A stretch of DNA of 64,000 bases from Chiloscyllium plagiosum. Lineage: Eukaryota. A model generated the notes under the pieces. It saw nothing but the letters and a program-made list of their open reading frames with translations. It was not told the origin of the DNA and searched no databases. Below are positions 25,079-38,904 of the stretch, piece by piece (position 1 is the first letter of the stretch; the number at the start of each line of letters is the position of its first letter). Position numbers and translations under genes: made by a program. The DNA lies in the NCBI RefSeq assembly GCF_004010195.1, contig NC_057721.1:59721185-59785184 (forward strand), written 5' to 3'.

Positions 25079-26448
25079 TAACTTGCATCAGTATAAAGAA
25101 TTGGTCCCTCTGAAAAAAACATTACGATTTTTGTAGCAGGTTCCATGGAGAGACGAGTCTTTTATTTTACTGCAGTTTCATTAGGTAAAGTATGATGTCT
25201 GGAATAATGGTATTACTGTCTATTGCTATATAAGTAAAGGTTTTCTGAAAAAGCTAATGTTGGAAACTGCATTAAGATTCACTGTTTTTAATTATCTTCA
25301 TCACAATATTTAATGAGCAAATGTAGCTTTTACATATTGGCTATCATTCAATCCACTATATCACGTTGAGACAGGAACTTCTTATTGTTAAGTCTCAACA
25401 ATGGTTAATCCATTACTATTTTAAACCAATTAGGCTCTTAGACCCAAGTAAATATATTCTGAAAAAGTTTTATCAAAGCAAGCTAAGCTATTTCCTGCAA
25501 CATTGCAGAAAAAAAATTACTAAACTTTAATTTAACACGAAGCAAAATTGACCAAAAAACTTTTGCATGGGTGGACAGATATTCATTATTTTAAAATGGA
25601 ACTTAATTGGAGGTAATATTTGGGTAAAACCTAAGGTCTAATCGATTAATATGTATCCCTATCTTTCTTATTAGGTCAGTATGATCACTGACCCCAATTA
25701 TAGTAAGTTCAGGTTTACAGTCAAGTGAGTGAACATTAGCAGGTTTTATTGCATTTAACCATATACATGCAATGATAAGAGATGATATTTTCTGGAACCC
25801 GACAGATTTAGGCTTAAATTCCATGTGACCTGGCATCACTATGGCATGGTCCCTTACACGCAAGATTAATCATCATCTTTAGTGTAAAGATATGTTTAAC
25901 TCCTTACGCCACAGTAATTTCACAATGAGCCACATTACACTTTATTGTTTTCATTTGGTATTATACCATTCAAATCTGGTCACCCAATTGAAATCACCAT
26001 ATATACCAATAAAATACAATATTTGTCTGACTGGGTAATTTAATTTCAAATATTGCTTTGAAGCATTACATATGTTTGCATTGCTGGAATAAATACAGAT
26101 AAATCTTAATAATCAATGCTGTGTGATAACAGTTTGTAAAGAGTTGATGTTGAAGACTGCATTAAGCATCAATCAGAATTTGTTAGTACATATTTCTGCT
26201 GGAAATTAAAATGATGGCATGTAAATTTGAAAAATCATGCCACAGAAGATTAATATTCCAATTTTTTTTATAAAGGTTGTAAATAGATTGACCAACTGAA
26301 AGAATGTAATTTGGAATTGCATTCAGATATGTACTTTGAAATGTATAACACTGATTTTTTAAAAACTTCTTTCATGGAATATGGGATTCACTGACTGTGT
26401 AAGCATTTATTACCCACCCTTAATTTCCATTGAGAAGGTGATGGTGAG

Positions 26449-27013
26449 GGGTTGGTGGCAATTCGCCACGGCACATTCGCCACCGATGATTAGCCACTGC
26501 CGGTTCGCCACCAGCGTTTCTCCACTGGGGTCATTTGACCTCTGGGGACTATTCGCCACCAGAAATATATATATGTACTGATTGTTTTCCCTCCCGCCTG
26601 TTCTTTCATACTTCTCAGTCCCCTTTATTTATACAACTACATAGTACATAGTGATTAAAAAAAGAGGTAAAATAAATATCATTTTATTGGTCAATTCTAA
26701 CTTCAGGAAAACATTGTCTCATAGCACTGATATAAAACTATCGTGGTAAAACTTCTTATTTCCACGTTTAGTAATAATTTCTGTTTCCATACTAAAAACT
26801 CCCGTTCCAAAAATACAAGCTTAAAAAAGCTCTCCCGTAATGAAAAGAAGTTGTTACTGAAACAACGCAAACATTATATTCAAAATATATGAGTTACTTG
26901 CGGTGGTGAGTCGTCTTTAGTGGCCAATGGGTGGTGGCTAAACATCCTCGGTGGTAAAAGGGTAGTTGCTAATTGTTGGCGGCGAATGTGCTGTAGAGAA
27001 TGGTCCCATCCCG
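26449..27013. mobile_element. non-autonomous DNA transposon with repeat-rich TIRs (MULE-like)
   Basis: Left gggttggtggcaattcgccacggcacattcgccacc versus reverse complement of the right end gggatgggaccattctctacagcacattcgccgcc. Repeated ttcgccac motif, AT-rich core, splits an older LINE tail at gtgag. Confidence 0.7.
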
Positions 27014-27061
27014 GGTGGGGGAGTTGCTTTTTTGAACCATTGCAGTCCATTTGATGCAATA

Positions 27062-27340
27062 ATCATAAAGTCATATAGCGCAGAAACAGACCTTTGGTTC
27101 CAATCAGTCCATGCCAAACACAATACCAAACTAGATTAGTCCCACCTGTCTGCTTCTGGCCAAACCTTTCATATTCAGTGTCCTTTTACATTGTAACTAT
27201 GCCCAAATTCATCACCTCCTCAGGAAGTCCATTTCACACATGAACTATGTTCTGCATAAAGCATTTGCCCCTCATATCGTTTTTAAATCTCACTCCTCTC
27301 ACCTTAAAAATGTGCCACTCATCTTGAAATCCCCCATCCT
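27062..27340 (-). mobile_element. CR1 3' fragment (left half; continues 29200-29405)
   Basis: reverse CR1 tail interrupted at cccccatcct and resuming at cctagcgaaaaga. Confidence 0.8.
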
Positions 27341-29199
27341 GTGACTTTCACCTTGGTTATGGAGAGAGATAGGTGCATGCAACAGGGTAGGCTTTACAAT
27401 TGGGGGGAAGAGTAAATACGATGCTGTAAGACAGGATCTGAGGAGCATAAGTTGGGAGCATAGGCTGTCAGGGAAGGATATCATGGAAATGTGGAACTTT
27501 TTCAAGGAACAGATACGACGTGTCCTTGATATGTATGTATACCTGTCAGGCAGGAAAGAGATGGTCGTGTGAGGGAACCTTGGTTGACGAGGGAGGTTGA
27601 ATGTCTTGTAAAGAGGAAGAAGGGGGCTTACATAAGGTTGAGGAAACAAGGTTCAGACAGAGCATTGGAGGGATACAGGATTGCCAGAAGGGAGCTGAAG
27701 AAAGGGATTAGGAGAGCGAAGAGAGGGCATGAAAAATCTTTGGCCGATAGGATCAAGGATAACCCCAAGGCAGTTTATGCGTATGTGGGAAACATGAGAA
27801 TGACGAGAACGAGGGGAGATCCGATCAAGGACAGTCGTGGGAGACTGTGTATTGAGTCGGAAGAGATAAGTGAGGTCTTGAANNNNNNNNNNNNNNNNNN
27901 NNNNNNNNNNNNNNNNNNNNNNNNNNNNNNNNNNNNNNNNNNNNNNNNNNNNNNNNNNNNNNNNNNNNNNNNNNNNNNNNNNNNNNNNNNNNNNNNNNNN
28001 NNNNNNNNNNNNNNNNNNNNNNNNNNNNNNNNNNNNNNNNNNNNNNNNNNNNNNNNNNNNNNNNNNNNNNNNNNNNNNNNNNNNNNNNNNNNNNNNNNNN
28101 NNNNNNNNNNNNNNNNNNNNNNNNNNNNNNNNNNNNNNNNNNNNNNNNNNNNNNNNNNNNNNNNNNNNNNNNNNNNNNNNNNNNNNNNNNNNNNNNNNNN
28201 NNNNNNNNNNNNNNNNNNNNNNNNNNNNNNNNNNNNNNNNNNNNNNNNNNNNNNNNNNNNNNNNNNNNNNNNNNNNNNNNNNNNNNNNNNNNNNNNNNNN
28301 NNNNNNNNNNNNNNNNNNNNNNNNNNNNNNNNNNNNNNNNNNNNNNNNNNNNNNNNNNNNNNNNNNNNNNNNNNNNNNNNNNNNNNNNNNNNNNNNNNNN
28401 NNNNNNNNNNNNNNNNNNNNNNNNNNNNNNNNNNNNNNNNNNNNNNNNNNNNNNNNNNNNNNNNNNNNNNNNNNNNNNNNNNNNNNNNNNNNNNNNNNNN
28501 NNNNNNNNNNNNNNNNNNNNNNNNNNNNNNNNNNNNNNNNNNNNNNNNNNNNNNNNNNNNNNNNNNNNNNNNNNNNNNNNNNNNNNNNNNNNNNNNNNNN
28601 NNNNNNNNNNNNNNNNNNNNNNNNNNNNNNNNNNNNNNNNNNNNNNNNNNNNNNNNNNNNNNNNNNNNNNNNNNNNNNNNNNNNNNNNNNNNTTGGTGTA
28701 CTGTGTGCAGTTCTGGTCGCCTCACTTTAGGAAAGATGTGGAAGCTTTGGAGAGGGTGCAGAGGAGATTTACCAGGATGTTGCCTGGAATGGAGAATAGG
28801 TCGTACGAGGATAGGTTGAGCGTGCTAGGCCTTTTCTCATTGGAACGGAGAAGGATGAGGGGTGACTTGAAAGAGGTGTATGAGATGATCAGGGGAATAG
28901 ATAGAATGGACAATCAGAAACTTTTTCCCCGGGTACAACAGAGTGTTACAAGGGGACATAAATTTATGGTGAAGGGTGGAAGGTATAGGGGGGATGTCAG
29001 GGGTAGGTTCTTTACCCAGAGAGTGGTGGGGGCATGGAATGCGCTGCCTGTGGGAGTGGCAGAGTCAGAATCATTGGCGAACTTTAAGTGGCAATTGAAT
29101 AGGTACATGGATGGGTGCTTAAGCTAGGACAAATGTTCGGCACAACATCGTGGCCGAAGGGCCTGTTCTGTGCTGTATTGTTCTATGTTCTATGTTCTA
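27341..29199 (+). mobile_element. young 5'-truncated CR1 LINE spanning a gap
   Basis: REPWLTREVECLVKRKKGAY...IKDNPKAVYAYV, then YCVQFWSPHFRKDVEALERVQRRFTRM. Tail (ttctatg)n. Confidence 0.95.
27883..28692. other. assembly gap (810 N)
   Basis: run of n inside the CR1. Confidence 1.
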
Positions 29200-32018
29200 T
29201 CCTAGCGAAAAGATAACTATCATTAACTCTATTTATACTTGTCATGATTTTATAAACCTTTATCAGGTTACCTCTCAATCTCCTACGCTCCAGTGAAAAA
29301 GATCTCAGCCTATTTATCATTTCTTTATAATAAAACCTTCCATACCCGACAACATCCTGGTAAATCTCTTCTGAACCCCTCTAGCTTAATAACATCCTTC
29401 CTATCATATCCACAATGCCAAATCCAGGGGATTTTGACTCAGTAATAGTGAAGAAATGACGATATATTTCCAATGTCAGGATGGCGAGGGGAATTTGCAG
29501 GTGATGGTATTCCCTAGTATCTGCTGACCTTGTCCTTCTAGATGGTAATATTTCCGGGTTTGAAAGGTGTTGCCTAAGATGCCTTGATAAGTTTCTGGAT
29601 ATTGTATAGATATTGTCTATCGTGTGTTATCAGGAGCCTTGTACAGTGAAGAGCACTGGATAATCGTCAATTAGAAAATTAGGTATTTGCATGCCTCTTG
29701 AAGAGAGATATTTATTTCATCCTGAAGGCTTGATGAAATATTCCCCCTTCTCTGTAACACTTTGTTTACTTTCCCCCATCCATTTTATGAATGATTTTCT
29801 TCCAATTCCAAGATTTCTGAGTAACAGGAGATTCAAATTAGAAAGTTCCAGCAGTCTTGAATCAACTTGCAGGAGATATACAAAAAGAGTAGGCATGCTT
29901 GCCTTCAATTTTCCATCCCTTTACTGGAAAAAGCTAATAAACTTGCTTTATGATTTAGGTTATAAACATTGGCAGTTTATGAATACCCAAGCAATGGCAG
30001 AAACAGAAATGAATGTTATTTCATTGACAAATTGAAATCTGTTCCTCCACTGATAGAAAGAAGTGCCTTTCATAACTACTGATGTGCTAAAGTAGTATTT
30101 AGCAAACTAATTACTTCATTTTTGAAATATAATCAGTGTTGCAATGTAAGAAGAAGTGTACATATATGATTCCAATATAACAATGTATATTGTATAACAA
30201 CTTACATTTTGATTAATGTTAGCCTGGAAAAAACTGTGACCAAGCTTACTTGGGAATACCAAGTTAACTAAATTCAAAACTCAGCTCTGATTTCTATTGC
30301 TCCTGTCTTTAAAGCCAGAATTAAAGCAGAAACTAAACCAGTCATTGAGCTTCGAAGAGTCAGTTGTGTAAAGCATCTAAGATCACGAATCAGGACACAA
30401 GGCTTTTCCCTCCCCCGCCCTTGCTCCAGACTGTGAATGAACCATTCGAGTTTCCTTTGGCTGAACAGTCAATGTGCTTAGCTTCAGCTTTGTTAATATT
30501 CTTCCTGTGTTAGCCAAACCTAACCCAATTAGCCCAGAAAGAAAGAGATGAAGATGTCAGCATTAGTGTTAGATTGCTCAAGAAATTAAAGTCATGGTTA
30601 ATTGCTGTCTCCGCAGATTAATCAAACTGTATCCCAGCAGAATCCCTGATTGTTTTAGTGTGGCAGATAAATAAGAAAAACTACTGCTGCTTTCTAAATG
30701 AAACATGAAAGACTAACATGGTTATACAATGGGTAAGTTATATTAATGGTGCAGTATAAAACCAATACAGATGTTAGCTCCATCACAGCTAATTGCACCA
30801 GATCCTGTGCAATTACTCTGGGATTTAACAGATTTACGTAATTTTTTTAAAAAGTTTCTCTTTGTATCTGTAGTCTATTTACTCATCACAAGCATGGACA
30901 CTGATGTTAACAATTTGACAGTTTGCACAGAGCAGCAGTAAGTACTTGTGGAAACAGATGTGACATTGGTCTGAAATGCATTGCTCTAACTATGCTCTAT
31001 GAACAAACTGTTGGGGTGCAGTGATCCCACTTTCCTTCAGCCATCTCCTTGCAATAGTGCCTTCTGAATTTTTGTTTAACAAACGTAAAGAGAAATGGGT
31101 GACTGTACAGTTTGTATAATGCTACTGTGTGATTCATTGCTTGGTAGTGACAATACATCTTCAGGAATTAACAGGCTGGTTTGTATCGTTTGTTTTGCTT
31201 GTAGACAGTGAATGGATTGAGAACAATGTGGAAATAAGGGGAATAGAGCCTTATTTCATCCAATAATCTGGTCAAAATCATGGAACCTGCCCAACAGAAA
31301 CAGACAGTTGGACTGAAAGACCACCTCAGTTTTCTAATCATTCAATTAACATTATTCAGTGATGTGTGATTGCCAGAAGTAGATCAGTCAACCGTGTATG
31401 TCGCTCTGAATTTAATTAGTTGGCATGTACAAGATTGGCGATAAAATACACAGCTCATTTCCAATGCTTCCAGGTTGCTTAATTTTATGCATTTTGTAGA
31501 TTTAATAAAGCATATCAAGTATCAGTCATAATTATTGCCATTGATTTTTCTTTGGGCTACTCATTCCATAACTCACTCTTCAATGAAGCCATGCTTGCTC
31601 CTTTGGGACTTGTGAAGTGCTGTATCGCTTATTTTCATCTTCCCCTTTCCTCAACCCATTGGGTAATTTGGGGGTCATTCTAACTGGATAGCCTTTCTCC
31701 TAACACGATGCTTCTATTTTCTTCCTCACATTTCAGAACAGCCAAAGATGAGTCATATTGATTTTAAGCACTTAATCGCAAATAATTGAAAGGCATTTTT
31801 CTTTACTGGTACCTTTCCAGTGGAATTTTGTTTATTGTCATATATGAGGAAAAAGTATTTTTTGAAGTAAGTTAGCCTAGAAAAGACAATATAAGACCTA
31901 ATCACATGACCCAGAATGAAAAAAGAGAATGGAAAAGCATAGAACATTTAGATTCTCAAACCTGACAGTTAAGCACTGATTCTAACCTGAGAGTGGAAGT
32001 GAAATGGCCCACTGATTA

Positions 32019-32359
32019 TCATAGAATCCCTACAGTATGGAAGCAGGCCATTCGGCCCATCAAATTGGCACTGACCCTCTGAAGAGCATCCCACACAGAC
32101 CCATCCCTCAACCATATTCCTGCATTTCCCATGGTGAACCCACCTAGCTTACACGTCCCTGGATATGAGGGGCAATTTAGCATAGCAGATCCACCTAACC
32201 TGCATATATTGGACCTTGGTAGAAAACTGGATCACCTGGAGGAAACCTGTGCAGACACTGAGAGAACACACAAAGTTCACATTGACAGTCGTCCAAAGCT
32301 GGAATCGAACCTGGGAGCTTAGTGAAGCAGCAATGCTAATCACTGAGTCACAGTGTTGC
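32019..32359 (-). mobile_element. full-length HE1-like V-SINE
   Basis: minus strand has a tRNA head (ccaggttcgattccagc), V-domain core and CR1-like tail (gggattctatga). Confidence 0.85.
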
Positions 32360-32569
32360 ATAAGATCAAGGCTGGTTTTATGATGCTAGTCAGCTATCTG
32401 TATTGAATGGGTATGTGATGCAAACATTAACCACATATGGTTGAGCAGACAGCTGAAATCTCTTGTTCTGACTGGGTCTCCAGGTACTTGGTCTAACATG
32501 GGAAAGGAAAGCTCTTTGGCAATTTATCAAGAAGTGGCAAAAAACCCAAAGAATTTCATATTCTGAAAA

Positions 32570-32735
32570 CTAGAAACAGAAACAGAAATTGCTGGGAAAC
32601 TCAGCAGGTCTCAACATCTGTGGAGAGAAAGCAAAATTAATGTTTCAAGTCCAGTGACTCCAAATGTTAAATCTGCTTTCTCTGCATAGATGCTACCAGA
32701 TCTACTGAGTTTCTTCAGCAATTTCTTAATTTGTT
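32570..32735. mobile_element. old Penelope-like fold-back
   Basis: inverted arms agaaattgctgggaaactcagcagg / ctactgagtttcttcagcaatttct. Confidence 0.7.
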
Positions 32736-33049
32736 ACAAGAATATGTACTCTATTTTTTTCTGCTGAGATGTAAGAATATGTAGTTTATTGCTTGATAAC
32801 AATCAAGTTAAAGTAACATTAATAAGATAGACATTATTATGAAAACTACTGAGAGAGTGCAGATAATAGGTCTGTCCTTTTCAAGATCCAAGATCCTGCT
32901 TTAATCTGCCTAAGTACTGATGACATCACTGAGCACAATGCAGTCCTCAGAATTAACCCTTTCAGAATCTTTAACTTAATCACATCTCCCCCATACATTT
33001 TTATTTCCACAGTTGGTGATTATATATTCAGGTATGTTATGACAATCAC

Positions 33050-36000
33050 TGTTACCCCATCTTCCCAAAGTCTTTGACTTCATGGGCTCAGGGAAGCTGG
33101 AGGTATCACTATTCTTCCAGAATGCATTATTTTTGCACCTGGCCAGTCTTCTGTTCTAGACCTTATGAAGTCTATGAAGTCTTTTATTATTGGATGACCA
33201 CTTATTTCTTAAAAGTCCTTCACGAATGGTGTCTTTGTCACTGATTGAGATAATTGGTCCATTACCTCATTTGAAGGACACTTAGTCTCCTGAGTTTCTT
33301 TAACAGAGGAGTTTTATCTTGCTGATACAGGCAACTGTCTCATAATATCATCTGGGGACCTCTAATATTTGAATTTCCCTCATGAAAAGTAACATTCTTA
33401 AGAAAAAATTGGGCTGGTGTCTTGTATTTGCTCTGTTTGCTTTACTGTTGAACCCAACACAGTCACTTCCTCAGCCATGCTAATTGAGGATTTCTGCTGA
33501 CTCAGCATGATCTCTGTCACTGATACTAATGATTGTTCCTTGAAAAATAAAGAACTGAAATGTACTTGTTGAACTTGTGTTATCTCATATTCTGACATCA
33601 AATTTGAATCTGTCAAAATAATTTGTTCAAACAGGCTGTTCTGCGAAATGTAAATCACTTTTTTTTTATCAAATCCATGGATGCTGGAGATCAGAAACAA
33701 AAACAGAAATTCCTGGATAAATTCAACAGGACTGGTGGCATTTGTGCTGTTATCAGAATGACTTCAGTTAAAGATATTGGAGTCTGCCTTTTATTGGATT
33801 TCCACTTTGAATCTAGGAAGCCCTCTGAAATCTTCTACTGGATGTTTTGATGGGTTGTTGAATAACTAAATTTCCTGCTCCAGTTGTTCTATGAATAGCA
33901 TCTTCTTGAACAGTCAAGGCATGAAAAGTTGATTCTCAGCCACTTCATTATGGATTATAGCTAGCTCAACTTCTTCTGCCCTTCGAATAGGGTTGAGGTA
34001 ATTCGTGCTCATGAGTGAGAAGTCTTGATTGTTATGTATGTATACATTCTCTGTTATCTAACATATCTTGTGTTGCAGAATTGCTTGTAACATACGATTA
34101 ACTTTGAGACCTATACTTCACATTTTGTGTAGTTACACTACTGTGGGTGATAACTGCTGTTATTTCACATATGGTATCCAATGGAATAATATATTGGCAA
34201 GCATCCTTGTATTAAGATTAAAATTACTGAGATGTCCATTGAAATAAACCAATGTTTGTCGAAACAAATTGGGTGCGTTACCAACTATCCCTAGGAATAC
34301 ATTGAATGTCTCTTCTACTGCAGATTGCTTGACCTCATTAATATCATTGTGTGAGCAGCTATTTAACTTCATGCTGCTCTGGAATTGTGTTTTATCATTT
34401 CATAGTGTCTGGAAATGACATCCTGTTTTAAAGATACAGTGTACTTTTGTAATAGCTGGGCACAACTTAAGCCTGTGAGGCCTTCTTGCTCTACAGCACT
34501 CAATGATGATCTGCTAGGGTCCAGTAATTTATTGTTTGAAGTAGACAAAACATGGGTTCCAGATACTTACTGAGAGAAAACAACGACTAGATTCTGTGGT
34601 TTTGAATACACAACACTAAAGAGTACTGTACAGTGAAGAGCAATACAAAATGTATACAGCTGACTTCTTTCATTCAAAATTAACATGTTGCACTTATGGG
34701 CAATTGAATATAACCATACATCAGACAATGCATATCAAATGGGAAAAGCAATCAAGACAGATCCTATGGATTTCTTAGAAATTCCTTCTAAATGTAAATT
34801 GCATTGTAGGTCATTAAACATAATCAAACTTCACAAAATATTCACAATTCTTCACTTTTACTGATCTGGCCTTGACTTACCTTTTCAGAAGACAGTCCAT
34901 CATGGACTGCCTTAATAACTGCTCACGTTATAGTCAATCACCCTCCTTTCCTAGATGTAAGTTTCACTGGACTCCAAAAACTACATTGTTTTATACACTG
35001 GCATAATCCCTAAGCCCTGACTCTAACATTTGGCTGCTTCTTAACACCTATAATTTATGCTGAATTCTACAGCACAAAAATCCAATGGACAAATGGACAT
35101 TGAATTGTTACTAAGTGTGCTATACAGAATCTGTATAGTTCAGTTGCCTTCTTTGCAGAACAACTAACTGCTGCACTATTAACATGAGATTAATTTCTCT
35201 CTTCATCCTCACTCATTGCTTGTAGCCTTCGAACTCCTCTGCAGTGACCCTCAAAATTGACATCAGTAACCCATCAAAAATATTTTAATAAGCCCCTTAC
35301 CTAATACTGAGCAAAATTGAATATTGCTAACATATTGAAACTGTCGCATGTAGCCACCCTTTGAAATGAGTGAACTGTGAAAATTGTATCGCCCAACAAT
35401 TTTGGATATAAATCTCATTACAACTAACTGTGACTGAACATCGACGATCTTGTCTAATCCTTATCTTGACTTATGGATTTCATGCTCTCCTGTGATAATA
35501 TTGTCCTTCACCTTTCAAGATTTCTTTGTTTTCATTCTGACTTTTGCTTCTAAAACCACCTGAATGGCTTTCTCCAAAGTCAAATCTTCTTTATATTGTA
35601 ATAAATCAGATGGAGATTCATGCATTATTCCATGAATTATTCTATCACTTTGGAATTCTGACTTTAAAGCTGCACATTCAAATGTTTTCATTAAACTATA
35701 GAAATTATTCAGAAAAGTATTTAATGCTTCCTCTGGAAGCTGAACTCTTCTTTTTTTTCAAGAATTTTTTTGATTGCCAGATTAACGTAATTATCAAAAG
35801 GTTGTAGAACCTTATCAAATGTAATTGTACCTTTTGTAATATCTTAGTGAGCTATAATGTCACCAGTTATAGACTGAATCAAATACAAAGCATTTACTTG
35901 TTTGGTTTCTGATCTTGTATCTAGTTTGGGAGCAATTTGTATCTCAAGAAATGTTTTCTCCAAGATAGCCAATTCTATGTTATAGTTGTCCCATCTCTGA

Positions 36001-36050
36001 AATTAAATCTTCTCATGTGTATTATTTCTGCTGGAATTTCTTCTTAAAGT
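33050..36050 (-). mobile_element. decayed Mag-like Ty3/gypsy internal region (gag-PR-RT-INT)
   Basis: gag SDRIIHGIMHESPSDLLQYKEDLTLEKAIQV (~35556-35655); protease FNGHLSNFNLNTR, like NGxxxxFKLDTGA (~34200-34245); decayed integrase GxPDxIxxDxxP (~33330-33360). Confidence 0.7.
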
Positions 36051-36059
36051 CAGTATAGG

Positions 36060-36950
36060 CAGTATCATGGATACTGAGGAAAGTTACTAGAACTTGCAGC
36101 AAGACCTTGATCAGTTGGGGAAGTGGATTGAGAAATAGCAAATGGCGTTTAATAGAGAAAAGTGTGAGGTCTTGCATTTTGTAAAGTCCAATCAAGGTAG
36201 GAGTTTCATGGTGAATGGTAGGTTGTTAAGGAGTGGAGTGGAATAAGGAGACCTTGGAGTTCAGGTGCATGGTTCTCTGATATTGAAGTCACAGGTAGAC
36301 AGGGCAGTTAAGATGGCTTTTGGCACACTGGCCTTCACCAGTCAGAGCATTGAGTATAGAAGTTGGGAAGTTATGTCAGAGTTGTATAGGACATTGGTGA
36401 GGCTGCACTTGGAGTATTGCATTCAGTTTTGGTCATCTTACAATAGGAAGGATGTTATTAAGCTGGAAAGAGTAGAAAAGAAATTTATAAGGATGTTGCC
36501 AGGACTGATTGGTCTCTGTTATAGGGAGAGGTTGGACAAATTAAGACTTTTTTCTTTAGAACATAGGACACTGAGGGGGGTATATAAGATTATGAGAGGC
36601 ATGGATAGGGTGGAGGCACTTAGCCTTTTTCCCAGGGTTGGGGAATCAAGGACTAGAGAGCATCAGTTTAAGGTAAGAAAGGAAAGAATAAAAGGGAACC
36701 TGAAGGGCAACTTTTTTACACAGAGTGTGGTACACATGTGGAATAAGCTACCAGTGCAAGTGGTTGAAGTGGGTACATTAATAACTTTTAAAAGAAATTT
36801 GGACAAACACACGGATAGGAAAAGTTTAGAAGGGTATGGGCCAAGTACAGGGAGATGGGGTTAGAGTGGATGGACATTTCGGTCGGCATGGACCAATTTG
36901 GGCCAAAGGGCCTGTCTCCATGCTGTAGGACTCTTTATGACTTTATGACT
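36060..36950 (+). mobile_element. CR1 LINE 3' fragment
   Basis: LYRTLVRLHLEYCIQFWS...GNFFTQSVVHMWNKLP...EGYGP, tail atgactttatgact. Confidence 0.95.
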
Positions 36951-38274
36951 CCATGCTTTATGACTTATTTATCTTACCTTAAATCCTTCCAATTCTGCAG
37001 TCTCTCAATGTTGCTTTATTTTCTATACCTGAAAAATATTTAAATCTATAATATAACTTTTTGCATATTAGAGGAGGATTTTCCCATGTTTTTGTAGCCT
37101 AAATGGAGTTTTCCTACCTTTGTGTGAGCAAATGAACAATTACTTACAACAAATCTTATCCTTTTCTCTGATTGACCAAATCAATCCTGCTACGATAAGG
37201 ATGAATCCTGCTTGCTAAACATCTCCCTAAATGATTCATGCAGTCTACAACATTTCTAATAATGTTTGTTCCCTTTCAATTTTAATAAAGGTTCCTGTTT
37301 ATTTTAACAGCTTCTTTGAATGAATTTTGTTTTTTGTTGCTTGAGTATGTTTTTCCTCCCTTAACCATGGCCTGAATCACGGATCTCCCACTTGCTGTGG
37401 CATGGGGATGTTCCATACGATCGTATTCAACCAGATGCCCACTCCTGGTATCTTGGACTATGCATCACCTCTACATAATGGATAAGGGATGCTTAAAGTA
37501 GTTCACAAAATCTCCTTTGTCTTGGGCCTATCTACTGACACAGAATATACCACCAACTTAGAGTATCTATGGAAGTGGCACTGTTATTACATAACAATAA
37601 GTTGAATTGCATGATAGCAGAGATTTGGGTAAGCATACTTCCACATTGCTTAGGGAGCTGACATAATGTACTTTCTCCCTCCAAATGCTAGAGTAGAGCT
37701 CCTTCACTCTCCCTTCTCACTTTGTGTAACATCAGTAGAATGGATAGAGCTGCGGTAACATATATATTAGCCTCTTCAGAACCATTGCATCTTCCCTGGT
37801 ATTTGGCCACAATTAATCCAGTATACCATTGTGCATACAGATACATTACATTTACCGCTTCCTCATCTCCTCCCAAGATTCTGACTTCACAAAGGTGGTC
37901 TGGATATCCCAAGTATTTCCCAGAACACATTCTCCTACCACTTGTTGGGTCTCATGCTTGAGGACTGTTGGCCCTGGTTTTGACAGTTATTATACCTGCA
38001 CTGTGTAATTTTATTTTTGTGTTACTATACTATTTGCTGCTTCAGGGTGGATCATTCTGATAGAATGATAATACTTAACCTTGTATAAAACACAAATTCA
38101 ACAGGATGTTCATTGGTGCGAGTTCTATATCTTCTAGTGCATCTGAATTAGTTAGTTTCCCAAGCAATGCCTCAAGGATTCCATGTTGCCTTCGCCATAC
38201 AATGCCCAAATCAATTAGAACAAATTTGCCAACCAATTCCTACCCTTTTCACCTATGTATAAATAGTGATCATT

Positions 38275-38632
38275 ACGTTAGGGCCCGGGTGTCCTTGGAG
38301 AAGGAGCACACAGTGTCCACCAACACCCTGGAATTGTTCAGGGAGAGGTGGGCACCGCAGGGAGTGGAGTGCATTATTTCTCCCTCCAACTCTATTTTGA
38401 TTTAGTCCCTACCCTCCCCTTCACTGTTTGATCACACAGCACTGTCCTTTGATGTGAAGGGCAGTGCTTGTCACTGGCCAATCGGTGTCTTCCTATCTTC
38501 CTGGTGGTGGAAATTGAATAAAGATTCGTGTACTTTGTGTCTTTCACTGTGTCTCACACCTGCACACACACACCATGAGTGCTGGGGGAAAAATAAGCAC
38601 TACCGCACTCAGGTAGTAGTGTGGGGAAAAAA
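38275..38632 (+). mobile_element. Tx1/L1-clade LINE, 5'-truncated
   Basis: ORF2 end VRARVSLEKEHTVSTNTLELFRERWAPQGVECII, polyA tail, perfect 14-bp TSD aaatagtgatcatt at 38261-38274 and 38633-38646. Confidence 0.9.
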
Positions 38633-38904
38633 AAATAGTGATCATTTGGTTTGAAGCTTAACATTCTTGGATTTGTCCCAATAAGTACAGGATAAAAGGA
38701 TTCAGGAATATGTCTCTTTTTACAGCAATATTTAACTTCTCACTACACCGTGCACATTGGTATAAATAACTATCTGTTAGAAATCAAAACATCAGTGGAC
38801 TGGTCTTATCTTTACCATTTCAAATCATTATCTTAATGGATTTTCAAACTAAACATCTTTAAAATAATGGGAACATTTAGAATAACTGGGCAAGGGTGAA
38901 TGTA

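Noticed and set aside
30618-30732. coding exon between ctccgcAG and GGgtaagt
   Set aside because: All three frames contain stops. At most a non-coding exon, and there is no expression evidence.
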